A DNA stretch of 64,000 nt, from NCBI GenBank assembly GCA_963839705.1, contig CAWIWL010000004.1:128320-192319 (forward strand), in the 5' to 3' direction. Below are positions 63,060 through 64,000 of this stretch, piece after piece (the first letter of the stretch is position 1; every line of letters begins with the position of its first letter). The stretch is from an uncultured Acidobacteriota bacterium (GTDB taxonomy: Bacteria; Acidobacteriota; Vicinamibacteria; Vicinamibacterales; 2-12-FULL-66-21). A model generated the notes under the pieces. The model did no database searches and was not told the DNA's origin. It saw nothing but the letters and a program-made list of their open reading frames with translations. The position numbers and the translations under genes were made by a program.

Positions 63060-64000
63060 ATGTCGTCCTACCCGGCAGGCCCTGCCGCGCGAGACCGATT
63101 CGTCCTGGACAGGCGGCCGCCGCGGCGGCTCCATGACCCATGGCGATCCCAGGGACTCCTCGTCGAGGACGAGCGAGCGGCGGACCAGACCGTCGCGCGC
63201 ATGGCGACGCTGTTCCTCACCGGCCGCGAGTGTCCCTGGCGCTGCGCGATGTGCGATCTCTGGCAGCACACAACGGAAAGCGATACGCCGCCAGGGGCCA
63301 TCGCCGCACAGATCGAAGCCGCACGCCACGCCATCAGCGCATCGCGCGATCCCGTCAGCCAAATGAAGCTGTACAACGCCGGCAGTTTCTTCGATCCTCG
63401 CGCGGTACCTGAAAGCGACTACGACGCCGTCGCTGCCAGCCTCGCCGGCCTCACGCGCATCATCGTCGAGTGTCATCCGTCGCTCGTGGGCGCGCGGATA
63501 GCCCGCTTCCTCGAGGCGCTCCATCGACATCAGCCAGCTGGCATGCCACCGCCAGCATTCGAAGTCGCCATGGGGCTCGAGACGGCGCACCCCGATGCGC
63601 TCGAGCAGCTCAACAAGAAAATGACGGTTGACGATTTCTTGGTTGCGGCCGGTCGGCTGAGGTCGCTTGGCGTGGCGCTCCGAGTATTCCTGCTCGTCTC
63701 GCCGCCGTTCGTGCCGGACGTAGAGCAGGATGACTGGCTGCTGCGCTCGATCGACGTCGCGCGCGATGCGGACGCGTCGGCCATTTCACTCATCCCAACG
63801 CGGCCGGGAAACGGGGCGCTCGACGATCTCGAGAAAGAGGGCCTTTTCCGGCCGCCAAGACTTCGCGATCTCGAGCGCAGCCTCGCGATCGCTCAGGCTC
63901 GCGTCGTACCGGGCGGTGCGCGCGTGTTCGCCGACATCTGGGATCTGGACCGGTTTGCTGACTGCCGGCACTGCCTGGATGCCCGCCGCGACCGTCTGCG
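63060..64000 (+). CDS. Radical SAM protein (CPWRCAMC cluster motif), partial; continues beyond the window
   Basis: The frame is open from ATG 63060 to the window end, so it is absent from the ORF track. My translation MSSYPAGPAARDRFVLDRRPP...ATLFLTGRECPWRCAMCDLWQHT...KLYNAGSFFD...IIVECHPS...MGLETAHPDALEQLNKKMT... shows CX3CX2C plus TIM-barrel-like strands. It lies 7 nt after the upstream stop. Confidence 0.7.
   Translation, partial: MSSYPAGPAARDRFVLDRRPPRRLHDPWRSQGLLVEDERAADQTVARMATLFLTGRECPWRCAMCDLWQHTTESDTPPGAIAAQIEAARHAISASRDPVSQMKLYNAGSFFDPRAVPESDYDAVAASLAGLTRIIVECHPSLVGARIARFLEALHRHQPAGMPPPAFEVAMGLETAHPDALEQLNKKMTVDDFLVAAGRLRSLGVALRVFLLVSPPFVPDVEQDDWLLRSIDVARDADASAISLIPTRPGNGALDDLEKEGLFRPPRLRDLERSLAIAQARVVPGGARVFADIWDLDRFADCRHCLDARRDRL

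Overview
High-GC bacterial chromosomal segment. The protein styles (CarboxypepD_reg-type TonB-dependent receptors, a Ser/Thr kinase-TolB fusion, paired Hsp20 genes) suggest an Acidobacteriota-like soil organism; that assignment is inference only. Positions 1-33.9 kb are mostly conserved housekeeping operons, many joined by 4-nt start/stop overlaps: gatCA, rpoZ, two divergent hsp20 genes, ymdB-like, xseA-xseB-ispA-tlyA-nadK, a TonB-dependent receptor, ruvX-mltG, an envC-like/ctpA pair, hupB, tRNA-Val, thrS-infC-rpmI-rplT-pheST-zapB-zapA, a candidate 6S RNA, rny, thiL, and a heterodimeric ABC exporter pair. Positions 34-64 kb are more accessory. They hold a TonB-dependent receptor gene broken by many frameshifts, next to a GntR regulator with two matching operator-like sites. 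They also hold two large GT-C-like membrane proteins, slt, and an ssrA (tmRNA) gene whose 3' end is duplicated 2.86 kb downstream, bracketing an integrase-less island remnant. Further on are DUF885, cupin and GH16 genes, an FHA/wHTH - atypical kinase - Ser/Thr kinase-TolB module, and an asparagine-synthetase-like plus radical-SAM pair that runs off the window. The most unusual sequence-level signal is a family of short-period (7-nt and 9-nt) tandem arrays arranged as inverted arms. They fill several intercistronic spacers, and one copy sits in-frame inside an ABC exporter gene, resembling Rickettsia palindromic elements. I found no canonical defence system, CRISPR array, transposase or integrase. 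All calls rest on reading the sequence and recognising motifs; no database search was possible.
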